Position numbers and translations under genes: made by a program. From Epithemia pelagica (taxonomy: Eukaryota; Protista; Bacillariophyta), in contig OX337240.1 in assembly GCA_946965045.2 (NCBI GenBank), forward strand, positions 496,001-560,000: 64,000 nucleotides of DNA, written 5' to 3'. The notes beneath the pieces were generated by a model, which saw only the letters and a program-made list of their open reading frames with translations, had not been told where the DNA came from and did not search any database. Shown one piece after another: positions 35,002 to 47,211 of the stretch (the stretch's first letter is position 1; each line of letters opens with the position of its first letter).

Positions 35002-35116
35002 GCGGTGGACGGTTGGTGTTGGACCAACTAAAAAAGGATGAGGATGATGATGATGCCTGTGTGGCAAACGGCAGGGAGAGGAGAGCCGCGGCAGTCGCGA
35101 CTGTTTTGGTGGCCAT
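33201..35116 (-). CDS. Family A Cys-rich type I membrane protein (579 aa)
   Basis: Exons 35116-34556, 34465-33606, 33519-33201 total 1740 nt. Signal peptide, polyQ, RRNL, YID..YEGGGIGEY, CARMDCH, EQLFKHQGICVW, DDAGYKNVNQCMKF and a C-terminal TM. Confidence 0.85.
34955..35002 (+). repeat. (TTG)n microsatellite of about 16 units encoding polyQ in the family A gene
   Basis: Read directly from the sequence. Confidence 0.9.
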
Positions 35117-35856
35117 GGTCAATGCAATGAAGGTTGTTGTTCTAGAGAGAAAGGGAACTTTCCAGGGACAGAGAGTCTTTGGCAAATGACTGGGACCGAC
35201 ACACTTGTGGTCTCTAGTTGCGTTGTTGTTCCAAGACAGCAAGTGTCGTTGCCCAAAATTTCGTGGTAATGACAAAAATTATAATGAGACTGGTCGTTCC
35301 CAACCTATTCCGTTGATCTTGTGGACCTCTCTCTTCCCGCGCGACCATCGACGCTCGACCCGATCCCCCACAAGCAAAAAACAAGAGGCAGCGCCAACAG
35401 GCGAGGGTCGGGGGTCGGGGCGCGTGACACTCGTAACTACGAATATCGCCGAATCCGCTTCGGCAATGGCCATTCCAAATAGCATGCTACACAAGATCCC
35501 CAACCACTACAGCAGAGTGTACACTAGTACGCATAAGAAAACTCTTGGGTACGAGATGCGCCAAAAATAGATAGAGAGGGCCATTCTCTGAATTGTGCCA
35601 TTCCTGAAATTTTGTTGGCTTAAACAACGGAAGGAATTCCCGCAAAGCTATTAAGTATCTGTATGGAGGGACCACACCCCACCCAACCAATGCATGCTTC
35701 CATTTTTTTCGACAACGACGTGGGCATCGGTCGGTGTGGTCTTGTCAACCACAATTCCAAAACCAATCACCAAACCATCAATAACAGCAAATCAATCCGC
35801 CAAACCCAAACAGAGAAACGGAACGTGAACGAATCTGCATCATCAATATCATCAGC

Positions 35857-38529
35857 ATGCCTTTCTTGTTCGCCTCCTCCACCACCACCATGACGTTTGG
35901 CACACGTCTTGTTTTCTTGTGGCTATTAGTGCTCTCATTGGTCGTTCAGGCCGAAAAAGATTCCACCTATTGGCCCCCCGGCAAATACAATCCCAATGTC
36001 AACAACAAAATGTATTGGAAGGATGCCGTCAATGTCTTGCAAGATCTCGATCAGTTTAGCAAGCTCTATGTCGTCTTTCACAATTGCGCGTAAGTTTCAC
36101 CAGCGGCAGCAGTCGCGCACTCTCGCGTCGTTGGATGGATGGAGTATCTGTATGGAAAGCTAATGTCTTCTTGTTTCTCTTTGTTATTTTGGATGTTTCC
36201 TTGTTATTTATTCAGTACATCGGCGTTTGGTGTACCAGCAAATGACGAAGAAAACCTGGCCTATGAAAGCTACTGGTACCTGGGCTACACCCAAACCTAT
36301 CGGGCCAACGCGGCCTTTTCCTTGTACGGCATTCTCAAGGGACATCGCGATCGCGGCTGTACCCGAGGGACCTTTATCAATAGCTTTTTTACACGCTTTG
36401 GGGCTCAATCCTTTATTGAAGCCATGCAACTCAAGGGACATTTGAGTTGGAGCAACAATTACAATGACGATTATTTTGCCAACAGTGGCTTTTCTTCCAT
36501 ATGTCAACGCGACTTGGGTAATGAAAATGGCAACAACTACCAGGCCTACAACGATGATGCCTATGTTCCAAGCATGGGAGAAACCATGTATCCGAACGCC
36601 ACCTCCATGACATTGGGATGCAGTAACTACCAAACCTTTCAGTTGCAAACCTTTGAAGGGGCAACCTGCGATTTGGGACGCGTTTCCGGTGTGGTGGATA
36701 CGTTGGATTCGCATAACAAAATGCTCAACAACATGGGATGCGTCAACTTGTACGATGCCGATTACGATTACGTCCAATCCGACGACTTGTATCAGTACAA
36801 TATTGATGACTTTTGGGACTTTGATCACAACAATGGAGGATACGATGTCGATGAAACCGAAGGCAACATTGTCCCCCAATTGAGCAGTGCCTTGGATTTG
36901 CTCAAGTACAGTCAAGCCTGTTCCGTCTTTTTCTCTCCCAAGGCTTGTCCCGATCCTCATGGACTTGTTCTTCGCTATCAAGAACTCATCAATCGGGCCA
37001 CGGATCTTCGGGTCGATGACAACTTTGTCTCCATGATTCGCCATCATTCGGCCGTCTCGTTGCTGGTGGTCCTGGGTCTCCTCATGTTGTGGGCCGCCAG
37101 TATCCTTAGTCGCCGTGGAAGCAAGGTCTTTAACATGCCTCGTGCGGAACCCAGCACACCGGGATGTATTCGCGAAGAAGGCTGGCCCCAATTCATGTTG
37201 CCCTTTGTCCGCCGTCTCATGATTGCCGAATCGCGCATTTGTGGGGTTTGCGATCATGTCGGTACCTTGATTTGGTCCGATTCCCAGGATGACGATGATT
37301 CCGTCGTGTCCGACCGCGTCGGTGGTAGTTCCCGGGGCATGAGTGAAATTTTGCGCGACGATTCCCTGAGTACGTCGCGAGGCATTGATTATGCAGCCTC
37401 ACAAGCCTCCTATGGAAGTGCTGCCGTGGCCGTGCCGCCTCCTCCTCCAGTGACTGCCAAGAAGCAATCGTGGTTTTTTTCCTTGTTTGGTGCCAGTAAC
37501 ACGGCCGTGGCCAAGCCAGCACAATCGTCCCAAACACCAATGGCCCCACAAGGGACAGACGATATTCGACAAGATGAAGAAAGTCAAACTGCCGGAGGAG
37601 GAGGGTCTGGCAAGAGTTTTGATGACACCTTTGGGACCAACTATTTCAAGGAAGAAGAAGAAGGAGGTCCCGTGGCGCTGGCCAAGGAACCTCGACCATC
37701 CAATTCCCCATTCCGAAGATTTGTCGCCTTGTTTAAGCAACCAACGGGCAAGGCTGGCACGTCCGCAGCAGAAGCAACCAGTGAACCTCCGTCGTCCAAC
37801 CGTGATGCTCTCTATGCTCCTCCGGTACAAGAACAACAACAACAAACGGCTGTCGCTGTGAAAGAGATTCAACCCGAGAAGGTTACACCCATTCCTCCCC
37901 AGTTGCCTCTTCCACCAGCGTCCAGTCCTGTGGACACGGATTCTTCCGTCGAGAGAAAATCCCAACAAGAACAACAACAACAAAACCAAGAGTCACTGAT
38001 ACCCATGGAAGAAACTACCAAACCAACAGATGCACAACAAAGACAAGAAGGAACCGAACAACCCAGAGAAGCACAAGACGAAGTCATCAAGCCTTCGAAC
38101 ACTGACTCTTCCAGTGTTGCCTCGGCTGCCGAAGTACTCAGTGGCCTTCGTGGTACTCTCCGAAATAGCAAGGACCGAGAAGACCAGCAACAGACGGTAG
38201 AAGTCCCTGCCGCCCCGGAAGTACAAGTCGCCGTCACCCCGGTAGTACAAGTTGCCGCCACCCCGGAAGTACAAGTCGCCGCCACCCCGAAAACGGATGG
38301 AGTGGAGGTATCCAACGAGCCGGACACAACCACCTCCTACGTGGCATCGACGGAACAAGAAGAAGAAGAAGAAGAAGAAGTGACGGATGGTATCATTAAG
38401 GATGACAGTCCACCAGCCAAAGCAGCAGCGACTACCAAAATGACGGAAGAGAAGGGATCCTCCCGTCGACCCTTTTTCAAGCGCATGATGGTACGAAAGG
38501 GTAAAGACAAGGCACATTCCCAACCCTAA
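35857..38529 (+). CDS. Family B Cys-rich type I membrane protein, copy B2 (848 aa)
   Basis: Exon 35857-36089, intron 36090-36215 (same position and phase as B1), exon 36216-38529. Signal peptide, TM AVSLLVVLGLLMLWAASIL, long disordered tail with 3 x 24-bp (P.VQVA.T) repeats. Confidence 0.82.
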
Positions 38530-39637
38530 GGGTGCTGGGCAGTCGTTCTTTGCCTTTTTCATATAAAGGAGCTTGTGCTCTGGATGTCGTGAATGTGTCG
38601 TCCCCGTATGATGCAGTAGTCAGAGGCAGAAAACAAATGTTTATAAGAGTGTTCGTAACAGAAAGTATAATTCTATATTTTTCTCATCCGTCGTGACACT
38701 CATCTTGCATAGATTGTTCCAGCACAGAATCTGAAGTGGTCTAGTCGTACTTATACCGTTTCGGGAATGCACCACTCCTGGACTGGTCTGTAAGCAAAGC
38801 AAAATACCTCTGGAACCAAACGTTTGAGTGCCGATTTCGGGTCGTGTCGATTGGAACGGACGCTTGGGCCACCGTCATGTACGCGTGTCCCGGGCCTACC
38901 CAAAGTGGGACCTCGGACTCACAACACTTGTGTGTGTCATTCACTTGTGTGTGTCATTCCAAACGTGACACTTTTATTTCACTGTTGTGACATGCTCGTG
39001 AGACCAAGTGTGGTTCATGCGAGCGTGTTGTTTTTGTGCTCTCTTTTGTGTTGTTGTCCACGGTCCATGATTCATCTTCCCCTTCTTTGGATTGCTCAGC
39101 ACTGGGTTGTCTCCATCGTTTCAAGAACAAGGGAACATTGATTCTTTGTTCAGAGACGTCGTGCTGTTGGTGATTTCTCTGTCTGCAACAACAACAACAA
39201 CAACTGTACTCCTATACCTTGTTCTCCATGGTATAGTCTGTTGTCGTTTTCTCTGCTCCGAGGTCTCAAGCAAGACGTGCTGCTGCTGCTGCTAGATTGC
39301 ATCATCCAGGTCCTTCCCGGAATGCAGAATAGGACAACAAGTATTCGACAATTGCTGCCCACAACGAATACATGGCAGCATCTTTCCAGGATTCTTCTTC
39401 TTTTTCTTCTGTGGAGGCATGTACCGCTCTCGAGGACAACCACCCACCACCAATCCTTAGTATTGCTCTCCAGGACAACCACCCACCACCAATCCTTAGT
39501 ATTGCTCGATCGAGCACCAAAACGACCAACGACCACACCACAGAACCGACGACTCGAAATATACCATATCCTGTGCCAGTTTTGTATCAGTTTCTCCCAG
39601 CATTTCTCTCGGGTTGTGTGTGTGTGTGTAAAAGAGT

Positions 39638-39669
<32 letters not shown>

Positions 39670-40684
39670 CCAGTCTCAACAAGGTTTGGTCGTCCCAAAG
39701 AGATGAAACACGGCGAGACCTTGACTTGCATTCCTCTTGTGTCTGTGTGTGTGTGTGTTTCCGAACCACACAAGCATTGGATCCACGTATCTCCTGTAGA
39801 GGCGTTGGAACCGGTCGTTCGTCGCCCCATCCAAACACCAAATCCCACGACACTCTACGGGAACCGGAGTCCATTGGAAACGGAGAGTATCCAGTCCGTT
39901 CTTCTCCCCCATATCAACCCTCCAGTCACTCGTTCGGCGCAGCGTAGTGTGTAGGAAATCGCAATCTTTTTCATCCTAGCAGGACCCGTTTGGTTGTCGA
40001 GAAACACAGGTCTGTCGCAGCCGTCTCATGGTCCAAGGTTGGCCCACAGCAGACGAGGCAACCACAACACCACCAACACTCGATCCATTTCAACAGAGCC
40101 TTGCCGTAACTCGGAATCCATTCGGTTCCTGGACCGCTCCACGAACAGAAGAAAAAGATTGCTTGGGTGAATTTGTCGTTGTTCGGAATCTGGTGGTGGT
40201 CGTCGTCGTTCGTCGTCGTTCGTCGTCATGGACATGGAGTCTTACCCAACGTTTGCCAACCACGAACGAATAACAACCTCACGATTCGCGTCATTCTCTC
40301 GCTCTCGCTCTTTCTTTCTTGGGCCGCAGTGTGTCGACCACCACCCGTAGGATAGACTCCATTGTCGTGATCTTTTGGGGTGTTGAACCTCCTCCTGTTC
40401 CTTCCACCCATCCGTCGTCTCATTCGGAAGGAGGACAAATCCAACAAAGACACGTGTCGACTCAAACGAACCCGGATGTAATGGATCGCAGTTGAAGATC
40501 GGCGTCGGATATGCGCGCATCGCGCCAATGGTGATGTGTTGTGTACGTCGATCGTGTGTTGCGACAACCACACCATTATTGCAATAGAGCAAACGTTGTT
40601 GTCGTTGTTGCGATTGCCCCGTCCAATCCATACCCTCCTCTACTACTACCACTACAAGTATTGAAATTGAATAGACAAAACACC

Positions 40685-41329
40685 ATGTCGATGAACGGTA
40701 CTCTTCTCGCTCAGCTCATGAAGGACATGCAGGTGTGTGTGTGTTTGCAATCGAACCCGTGTGTGGGACGTTTGGTTTGGTTGCGCCGTGTGTGGATGCT
40801 CTTGTGTGTGCGGTCGTGGAATGGGGATGGTTGACACGAACGAAAAAAGACATGGAACAACTCTCACAGAATGATTCTTTTTTGGTGTCCACGTTCTTTC
40901 GTTGGTGGTTCTCTTCTGTCTCCTTGGCTCGGTTGGATGCATGACTGTCCTGACCTCGACGACGACGACGACCTTCCACGGCATGCGCGGTAATAGGATC
41001 CGGAAATGATGAAGGAGGCTCAAAAAATGATGCAAGATCCGGAGTTTCAAGCGCAAATGAAGAAAATGATGCAGGCACCCCACTTTCAAAAGGCCATGTC
41101 GGAAACCAAACAAGCCTTGGCTGATCCGGAACAGGCCAAGAAATTGGAAGAACAAGCCCAAAAGGCCATTGAAGAGGGCAACAAGGAATTGGCCGAATTG
41201 GAAAAGAGGAAGAAGAAACAACAACAACAAAAGGATGGCAAAAAGGAGGACGAAGACGACTCGAAACCAAAGGCGGACGAGGCCGCAGCCGACGACATGC
41301 CGGACATTCCATCCCTCGATTTGAACTAG
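40685..41329 (+). CDS. Small Met/Gln-rich STI1/DP-repeat-like protein (possibly 5' incomplete)
   Basis: Exon 40685-40732, intron 40733-40996, exon 40997-41329 give LLAQLMKDMQ|DPEMMKEAQKMMQDPEFQAQMKKMM. Confidence 0.55.
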
Positions 41330-42196
41330 CGGACGCCGTCTGCTTGGCAGAAGACGCATGTGTGTTTCAATCGAGATCGTTGGTGGGTCCGACGAGGCAT
41401 TTTGCCGTCGGACGGACCGACAGGAGCACCACACTCCTATGCTCTTGACCATGGATGCTTGCACCCGACGGTTTGGCCAGCGTACCACGAGGTTCTGTGG
41501 TAAATTGTATACTAGTACAGCCACTCTCTCAAGTTTTTTCTCTTTTGATCTCTCTCTCTGGATTCATTCTCGTCCTGTTGTGTGTGTGTTGTGGAGGATT
41601 GTTTTGCGTGTGTGTGGCAGACACGCGAATGGCTCTCTCATGTAGTCCTGGCCTAAAGGACATGGGCCTTTTCTCGCTTTTGGTAGCACAATGGGGGACA
41701 ATGGATTGCTTCCAAGGCACACAACAGACAGAATCACACGGACAGTCCTACCATAGAGTTTTGTTGTCGCTTGGAGCTAGGAGCTACCAGGCATTGGGTT
41801 CCGTGAAAAGCCGAGAAAGCATCATGCGTTCCATGTATGCTTTGAACCATGGTTGGAAAAGAGTGTGATCGTTCCACAGTGTCTTGCGCATGGCGTTGTT
41901 GCCTGTTTGGGAGTCCTCTCTAAGACACATCATCCTGTGGAACCGGCGTGTGGCCTCGTCGTCCTTCCTAGGAGTAGTGTGAAAATGTGCTACCTCCTCT
42001 ACCCCAAGGATTTTCGTTCCACCTTGCGAAATAACAGCGACTGCTTTCACATCCGGGTACGTGCGACACACAGCTTCCGAATGTCCACATCAGCCTGTTC
42101 CACATCACGATGCCATCGTCCACCATCCACCACATCACTTGTCGTTTGGTCTCCAAAAGTTCTTTGGTGAGACACACAAGACAGCAAATAGACACC

Positions 42197-43306
42197 ATGA
42201 CACTTGTTGCTCCACTCGTGCCGCTCCTCCTCCTGGCGCTTTCCATGGGAGGAAAGGAGTGTGAAGCCTTTCACACCATGGGACAGCCATGGTCGTCGTC
42301 GTCGTCCTCTTCCTCCGTTGTCCCTCTAGCCATGGTGACCAACCAAGACACTACGGTCGTAACAACGACACCACCCTCCGCAACGACGACATCCATAGTA
42401 TCCTCCACCCAAATGGGCTCGGCCACTGTGGACATGAATCAATACAATCTCCCGGCCGAGGACATTCCGACGGAATGGACGGCCCATCTCAAGGCGGCGA
42501 CCGAAACCAATGAGGCGGGTGTCTTTTTGGGGACTCAAAACGACAAGGACCACTTTGCCGATACGGTCAAGGTTGTGGTTTCTGTTCCGCCACCGGGACA
42601 AGGCTTGGGCATTGAATTGCTCGAATTGGCCGGGGGACGAGCCGATGGAGTGGGCATTACCATGGTTTCCGGATTGGTACCCGGCAAGGTGGCCGAATCC
42701 AGTGGACTCTTGTATGGCGATTCCATTGTGCAATTGTCCCTGCGTCGTCGTACCAACAGCAATGGTGGTGGAATGCAAGAATTGGAATCCGTGGCCATGG
42801 AATGTCTCGCCTACGATGGTACCATTGACGCCATTGTCTCCATTTTGCAAAGCCCAGCGGCCCAAACCAACGATCCCAGCCAACTCTTTTTGGTCTTTAC
42901 CGTCAAACGGTTGCGCCGCAAACCCAAAGTAAACATGTTGTTGCAATATCCGCCCTCGCAAGGCGAACCGGATGTGAGTTTGGAGCTCTTTTCGGGCGAA
43001 AATCTGCGACGCGCCTTGTTGGCTCGAGGCGTTAAACTCAATGATCCCTTGGCGCGACGGTTTGACAATGGCGGAACGGGCGATTGTGGGGCCGAAGGCA
43101 CGTGTGCCACCTGTGCCGTTCACGTGGTTCAGGGCCGAGACTTGTTGAGTCCCGCCGGCGATTCTGAAGCGCAAATTGTCACACGACGAAATCCCCGATG
43201 GAGAATGGCCTGCAAGGCCGTCGTGGGACATGGCATGACAGAAGGCACTCTCGTGATTCGGGTCAACCCCAAACAATGGGTGGAAGAAGAAGAAGAAAAC
43301 GTCTAG
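42197..43306 (+). CDS. Plastid-targeted PDZ-like + 2Fe-2S ferredoxin domain protein
   Basis: Signal peptide ending CEA-F followed by a Ser/Thr-rich transit peptide. PDZ-like GLGIELLEL...VSGLVPG.VAE.SG.L..GDSI. 2Fe-2S ligands CGAEGTCATC...RMAC. Confidence 0.85.
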   Translation: MTLVAPLVPLLLLALSMGGKECEAFHTMGQPWSSSSSSSSVVPLAMVTNQDTTVVTTTPPSATTTSIVSSTQMGSATVDMNQYNLPAEDIPTEWTAHLKAATETNEAGVFLGTQNDKDHFADTVKVVVSVPPPGQGLGIELLELAGGRADGVGITMVSGLVPGKVAESSGLLYGDSIVQLSLRRRTNSNGGGMQELESVAMECLAYDGTIDAIVSILQSPAAQTNDPSQLFLVFTVKRLRRKPKVNMLLQYPPSQGEPDVSLELFSGENLRRALLARGVKLNDPLARRFDNGGTGDCGAEGTCATCAVHVVQGRDLLSPAGDSEAQIVTRRNPRWRMACKAVVGHGMTEGTLVIRVNPKQWVEEEEENV

Positions 43307-43789
43307 GTAGAGTCTATAGGAATAGAATATATAATGTCACAGTCGCAATGGTCATGCAAGAACATAAGACGCTCAGTCCTGTGTACGGCAGGAAGATAAC
43401 TGTTACCGCCGTTGTTTCGGAGTTCCGTTCTATCACTCTATCTTCCGGCTCTTGCAAAGTTCCAGTCGTTCATTTACTTCACGGTGGTGCTGCCCGACAA
43501 AGGATCAGGACGCACTATAGTGTAGTTTTGCAGCTCCCATTTAAAGACCTACTCCCAGCTACGCATGAAAGAAGCGTTTTCTTGGGGAGCCGCAGTCCCC
43601 CTTTGTGTGTGTCATGCAGACCTCCCATGTAGATTGGTGGGATCCATTGACAAAATGTAATTCTTGTATGTAACGCACATTGGAGAACATGTCGAAGCAT
43701 GCTTGTCCCGGAAATCACGAAATTAGCAACAAGACGAAGAGGCGAAACACACACAAGAGACAACCCAAAGAACTCTGGGCCCATGGTCG

Positions 43790-44360
43790 ACTCTGGTGAT
43801 GTTTCATCCAAGACACTGGCTGGAGCCTCGAGCTCGGATCCATGATCTGAACGACCATGACAAGACACAACGTTCTGCGGTGGACAGTACAACGAATGAT
43901 TGCATCACTGGCATTTCCACCCTACTGAAAATGGTGGCGGTCCACAACATGAAGAGACTCAGGACGACGACAAAATTGTCGGTGACGCCAAGATCGGTGG
44001 CCCGATGGAGAGTTTCTTGATGGCAGGCATGGCAGTGCTTGAGCAAATCCAAGGCGCTGGACAGTTGGGGAACGAGTTCATGGTTTCATCGACATTATAT
44101 CCTCCATTGGTATTGGCAAAGTCCCCAAAGTCATCCGTGTTGTGTCATGTAGACGGTTGCATCATCGGTAACGAAGTAATCCGAGCTGGCATCGTACACA
44201 GCCCCTGTTCCCCAACAGTGTGTTTCGCGCATCCACAGAGTATCCACCATACGGACACGCGTCCCAAATCGAAGGTTCAAAGGGTTGTAGCTGAAAGGTT
44301 TGGTCGGCACTTCCGTCCAATATCATGCCAGCGGCATTCCAATCCATGGTTGGTTTCTCC
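43790..44360 (-). pseudogene. Family B fragment (B4), frameshifted
   Basis: Nucleotide similarity to B2 at about 36570-37130 (e.g. SALDLLKH..AC, RATDLGV.DNFV, VLSLFMLW.A.I), broken by indels. Ends are approximate. Confidence 0.6.
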
Positions 44361-44367
44361 CAGCAAG

Positions 44368-45646
44368 TTATCGTACGTGGCCACCTTGGTCGATTGGCCG
44401 GTGCAATCGGTGGTCTTGGACCCTCCACCGGCGACCAAATCTACGTTCCAAAACGATCGCAAACACGACGAGGAAAAACGAGAAACCCAAGGCCAAGGGG
44501 AGGAAATCACCAACGAAATAACCAAGAAAAAAATCCACAAACCAGAGCAAGGCGACGAAATAACGACGAATCATGGCCACATAACCGTCATCAACGACGT
44601 GACGACGCCTGACCTGATTCAAAGCTTCTTGATAAGCTTCTTGATAAAGACCATGAGGATCAGGACAAGTCTCACGAAAAAAGAAAGCGGCACAGGCACG
44701 ACCATGCTCGAGCAAATCCAAGCCACTGGACAATCGGGGAACGATTTTGCCCATGGTTTTATCGTCCCAAAAGTCGGGAAAGTCCCAAACGTCAACATCA
44801 CTGTTGTATTGATCCGACGGGTAGTCGGCAGCATCATCGTACAAGTTGACACAGCCCATACTGTTCAGCATTATGTTTTGCGTATCCAACGTATCCACCA
44901 CACCTTCAGAGGTTTGCAGCAGAGAGGTTTGGTAGGCACTGCATCCCAATGCCATGGTCGTGGCGTTCCGATACATGGTTTCTCCCATGTTGGGGACATG
45001 GGCATCATCGTTATAGGCCTGGTTGTTGTGATCACTTCCCAAATCGCCTTGACAAATGGAGGAAAAATCACTGTTGGCAAAATAATAATCGTCATTGTAA
45101 TTGATGCTCCAACTCAAATGTCCCTTGAGTTTCATGGCTTCAATAAAGGATTCAGCACAAAACCATGCAACATAACTATTGATAAAGTTCTCTTTGGTGC
45201 ACCCGCTATCACCATGTCCTTTCAGGATTCCGTACAAGGAAAAAGCGTCGACCCGGTCCGGCTGTGTGGTCCAAGAACTCTCATAGTCCGTGCTTTCTTC
45301 GTCATTGGAAACATCAAAGGACGATGTACTGTGGACGATGAACGAGACGAGGGGCAGCAAAAGGGAAGAGAGAGAGAAAAAAGGCATGAGAGAGTTACTT
45401 CACAACAACCATCTAGGTTCTACCTTTGGACACTTACTCCCAATAGTGAAAAACCACATGAAACTTGCTGAGCTTATCGAGATCTTGCAAGACATCGTTC
45501 CCGTACAGTAAGTATTCGTGTTGGGGCCAATACGTCGATTCTTGTTCGGCATGAACAATCGTACTCATAATAGAGAGCACAAGAAACAAGGCAACAAAAC
45601 GTCTGCGAAACGTCCTGATGGTGGAGAAGGCGAGCAAGAAAGGCAT
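44368..45646 (-). CDS. Family B copy B3, inverted diverged duplicate of B2 (389 aa, possibly decaying)
   Basis: Exon 45646-45438, intron 45437-45329, exon 45328-44368. Upstream region also matches the B2 upstream region in inverted orientation. Several motifs shared by B1 and B2 are deleted. Confidence 0.6.
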
Positions 45647-45954
45647 GGTACTATTGAAGATGCAGAGTTTTGACGGCCCGTTTCTCTTTTTGGTTTTGGC
45701 TCATTGATTTGGAGTATGGAATTGTTGCTGTCAATGCATTGACAAGATCGCACCGCGACCCAGGCTCCTCCCGTTGTAAAAAAATGGCACCATACACTGA
45801 TTGGTTGGGGTGTGGAAAGAGAGGGGTCTGTCCATACAGATACAACTTACTGGCTTTCCGGGGACTCTTTCCTTGTTTAGGCTAACACAGCCATGGTCGC
45901 CATTCGCGGCAAGGCTGCATACAACGGCAATTATCTGCTCTACCTATCGCTGGC

Positions 45955-47211
45955 ATGGCTATAGCTATGTGGACTATGGACCGCGAAGATTTTTGGGTCG
46001 TCTTTCGATCGCTTTTATGCTCCACGCAGAACCAAGGAAAAATGAGCTATTTCGACACCACCATGGCGTCGTACGGAACGCTCTGTGGAGAAGATTTGGA
46101 AACATGGCTGTCCCAGCAATCACCACAAGTTGGAAATCTAGTGTGGGTTTGCAAAAGCAAGGGCCTCAAAAAGAAGAAGAAGAAGAAGGCGAAGCAGAAC
46201 CGAAACAAGAGTGACCCAAACCCTGGGCCGGCTGTCGACTCTGGCGATTCTTTGCTATTACATCAACAACAACGACTGGAACCTTTTTTACGTGCCCATA
46301 TACATGATCTCAACGGAAATGATGAAAATGATGGTGACAAAGATGAAGGGGCAAGACAAAGTTCTGGCGTTGACGGTGAAACTAATGGTCGCATCACTGT
46401 CATTTACCCCAAAGGCAGTACTTACCGTGTTCGAACATCGCATTTGTGGCCAATCCTCGACCCATCATCTTCTTTATGGACATTGTCTCTCCGAATGTTG
46501 AAGGAAGAATCCCAACAAGAATCATCCACTGAAACAAGTTGCAATACCATCATGACGAGGACCGTTGGCGATTTTACTGGTATGGTTGTGGTATGGCCCG
46601 AAACGAACGAATATCGTCGCTGTTGCGTTCAGCACACGGTCCTGCTTCCTGGGAAAGACATTTTTGTAGAAGTGGGTTGTGACTATGGCAAAACCGTGGC
46701 CAAAGTCGCCGATACCTGTGTCGACCAGGACATGGTATTGGGGATTGATAAATCCACAGAATCCATTTCCATCGCCAAACAACGATATCCTCATCTCTCG
46801 TTTCTACAGTGGGATTTGCTGTCACCGGATGAAAAGAACAAGAATCTCCTCGGTCCACTAGAACAACAACACTTGAAGCATGGCAATGATAAAGAGCATC
46901 GCACAGAGTCAACAAATCCAGTCGACGAGCAATACTCCACATCGATGTCAATCATGCCGAGTCCATCTGTTCTACGCTATCTTGCGCAAAGACAGAAGCA
47001 ACTGCAAACACAAGAACCTCAAACTGGTTGCTTTGGAACGGAGAAATTCCACTCATCGTCTCTTGTGGTGGCCATTGACATTAACGGAAATCGGGAGTTG
47101 GAGGCCGTACAAGACTGCATCTTGAGAGTTCAGTCCTTGTGGCAGCCGCGTCTGATAATTGTGAAATCTCGAGCCTTGCATCAACAACGGAAACGGAACC
47201 AGTGTGGATAA
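45955..47211 (+). CDS. Class I SAM-dependent methyltransferase domain protein
   Basis: 418-aa ORF with FVEVGCDYG (motif I), VLGIDKS...I..AK (motif II) and FLQWDL. The start codon is uncertain. Confidence 0.65.
   Translation: MAIAMWTMDREDFWVVFRSLLCSTQNQGKMSYFDTTMASYGTLCGEDLETWLSQQSPQVGNLVWVCKSKGLKKKKKKKAKQNRNKSDPNPGPAVDSGDSLLLHQQQRLEPFLRAHIHDLNGNDENDGDKDEGARQSSGVDGETNGRITVIYPKGSTYRVRTSHLWPILDPSSSLWTLSLRMLKEESQQESSTETSCNTIMTRTVGDFTGMVVVWPETNEYRRCCVQHTVLLPGKDIFVEVGCDYGKTVAKVADTCVDQDMVLGIDKSTESISIAKQRYPHLSFLQWDLLSPDEKNKNLLGPLEQQHLKHGNDKEHRTESTNPVDEQYSTSMSIMPSPSVLRYLAQRQKQLQTQEPQTGCFGTEKFHSSSLVVAIDINGNRELEAVQDCILRVQSLWQPRLIIVKSRALHQQRKRNQCG

Noticed and set aside
33201-35116. Calling the family A or B genes silicanin-1 or SAP orthologs
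   Set aside because: Only the general architecture is similar; I do not recognise the Sin1 core sequence motifs.
38700-40650. Several 100-240 aa ORFs on both strands
   Set aside because: They are driven by (TG)n/(TTG)n microsatellites and a 39-bp tandem duplication (about 39430-39507), with no coherent protein signal.
43900-45471. 523-aa plus-strand ORF
   Set aside because: It is the antisense shadow of the B3/B4 copies. Similar long shadows occur opposite B2, the ARM gene, the ferredoxin gene and the retroelement ORFs.
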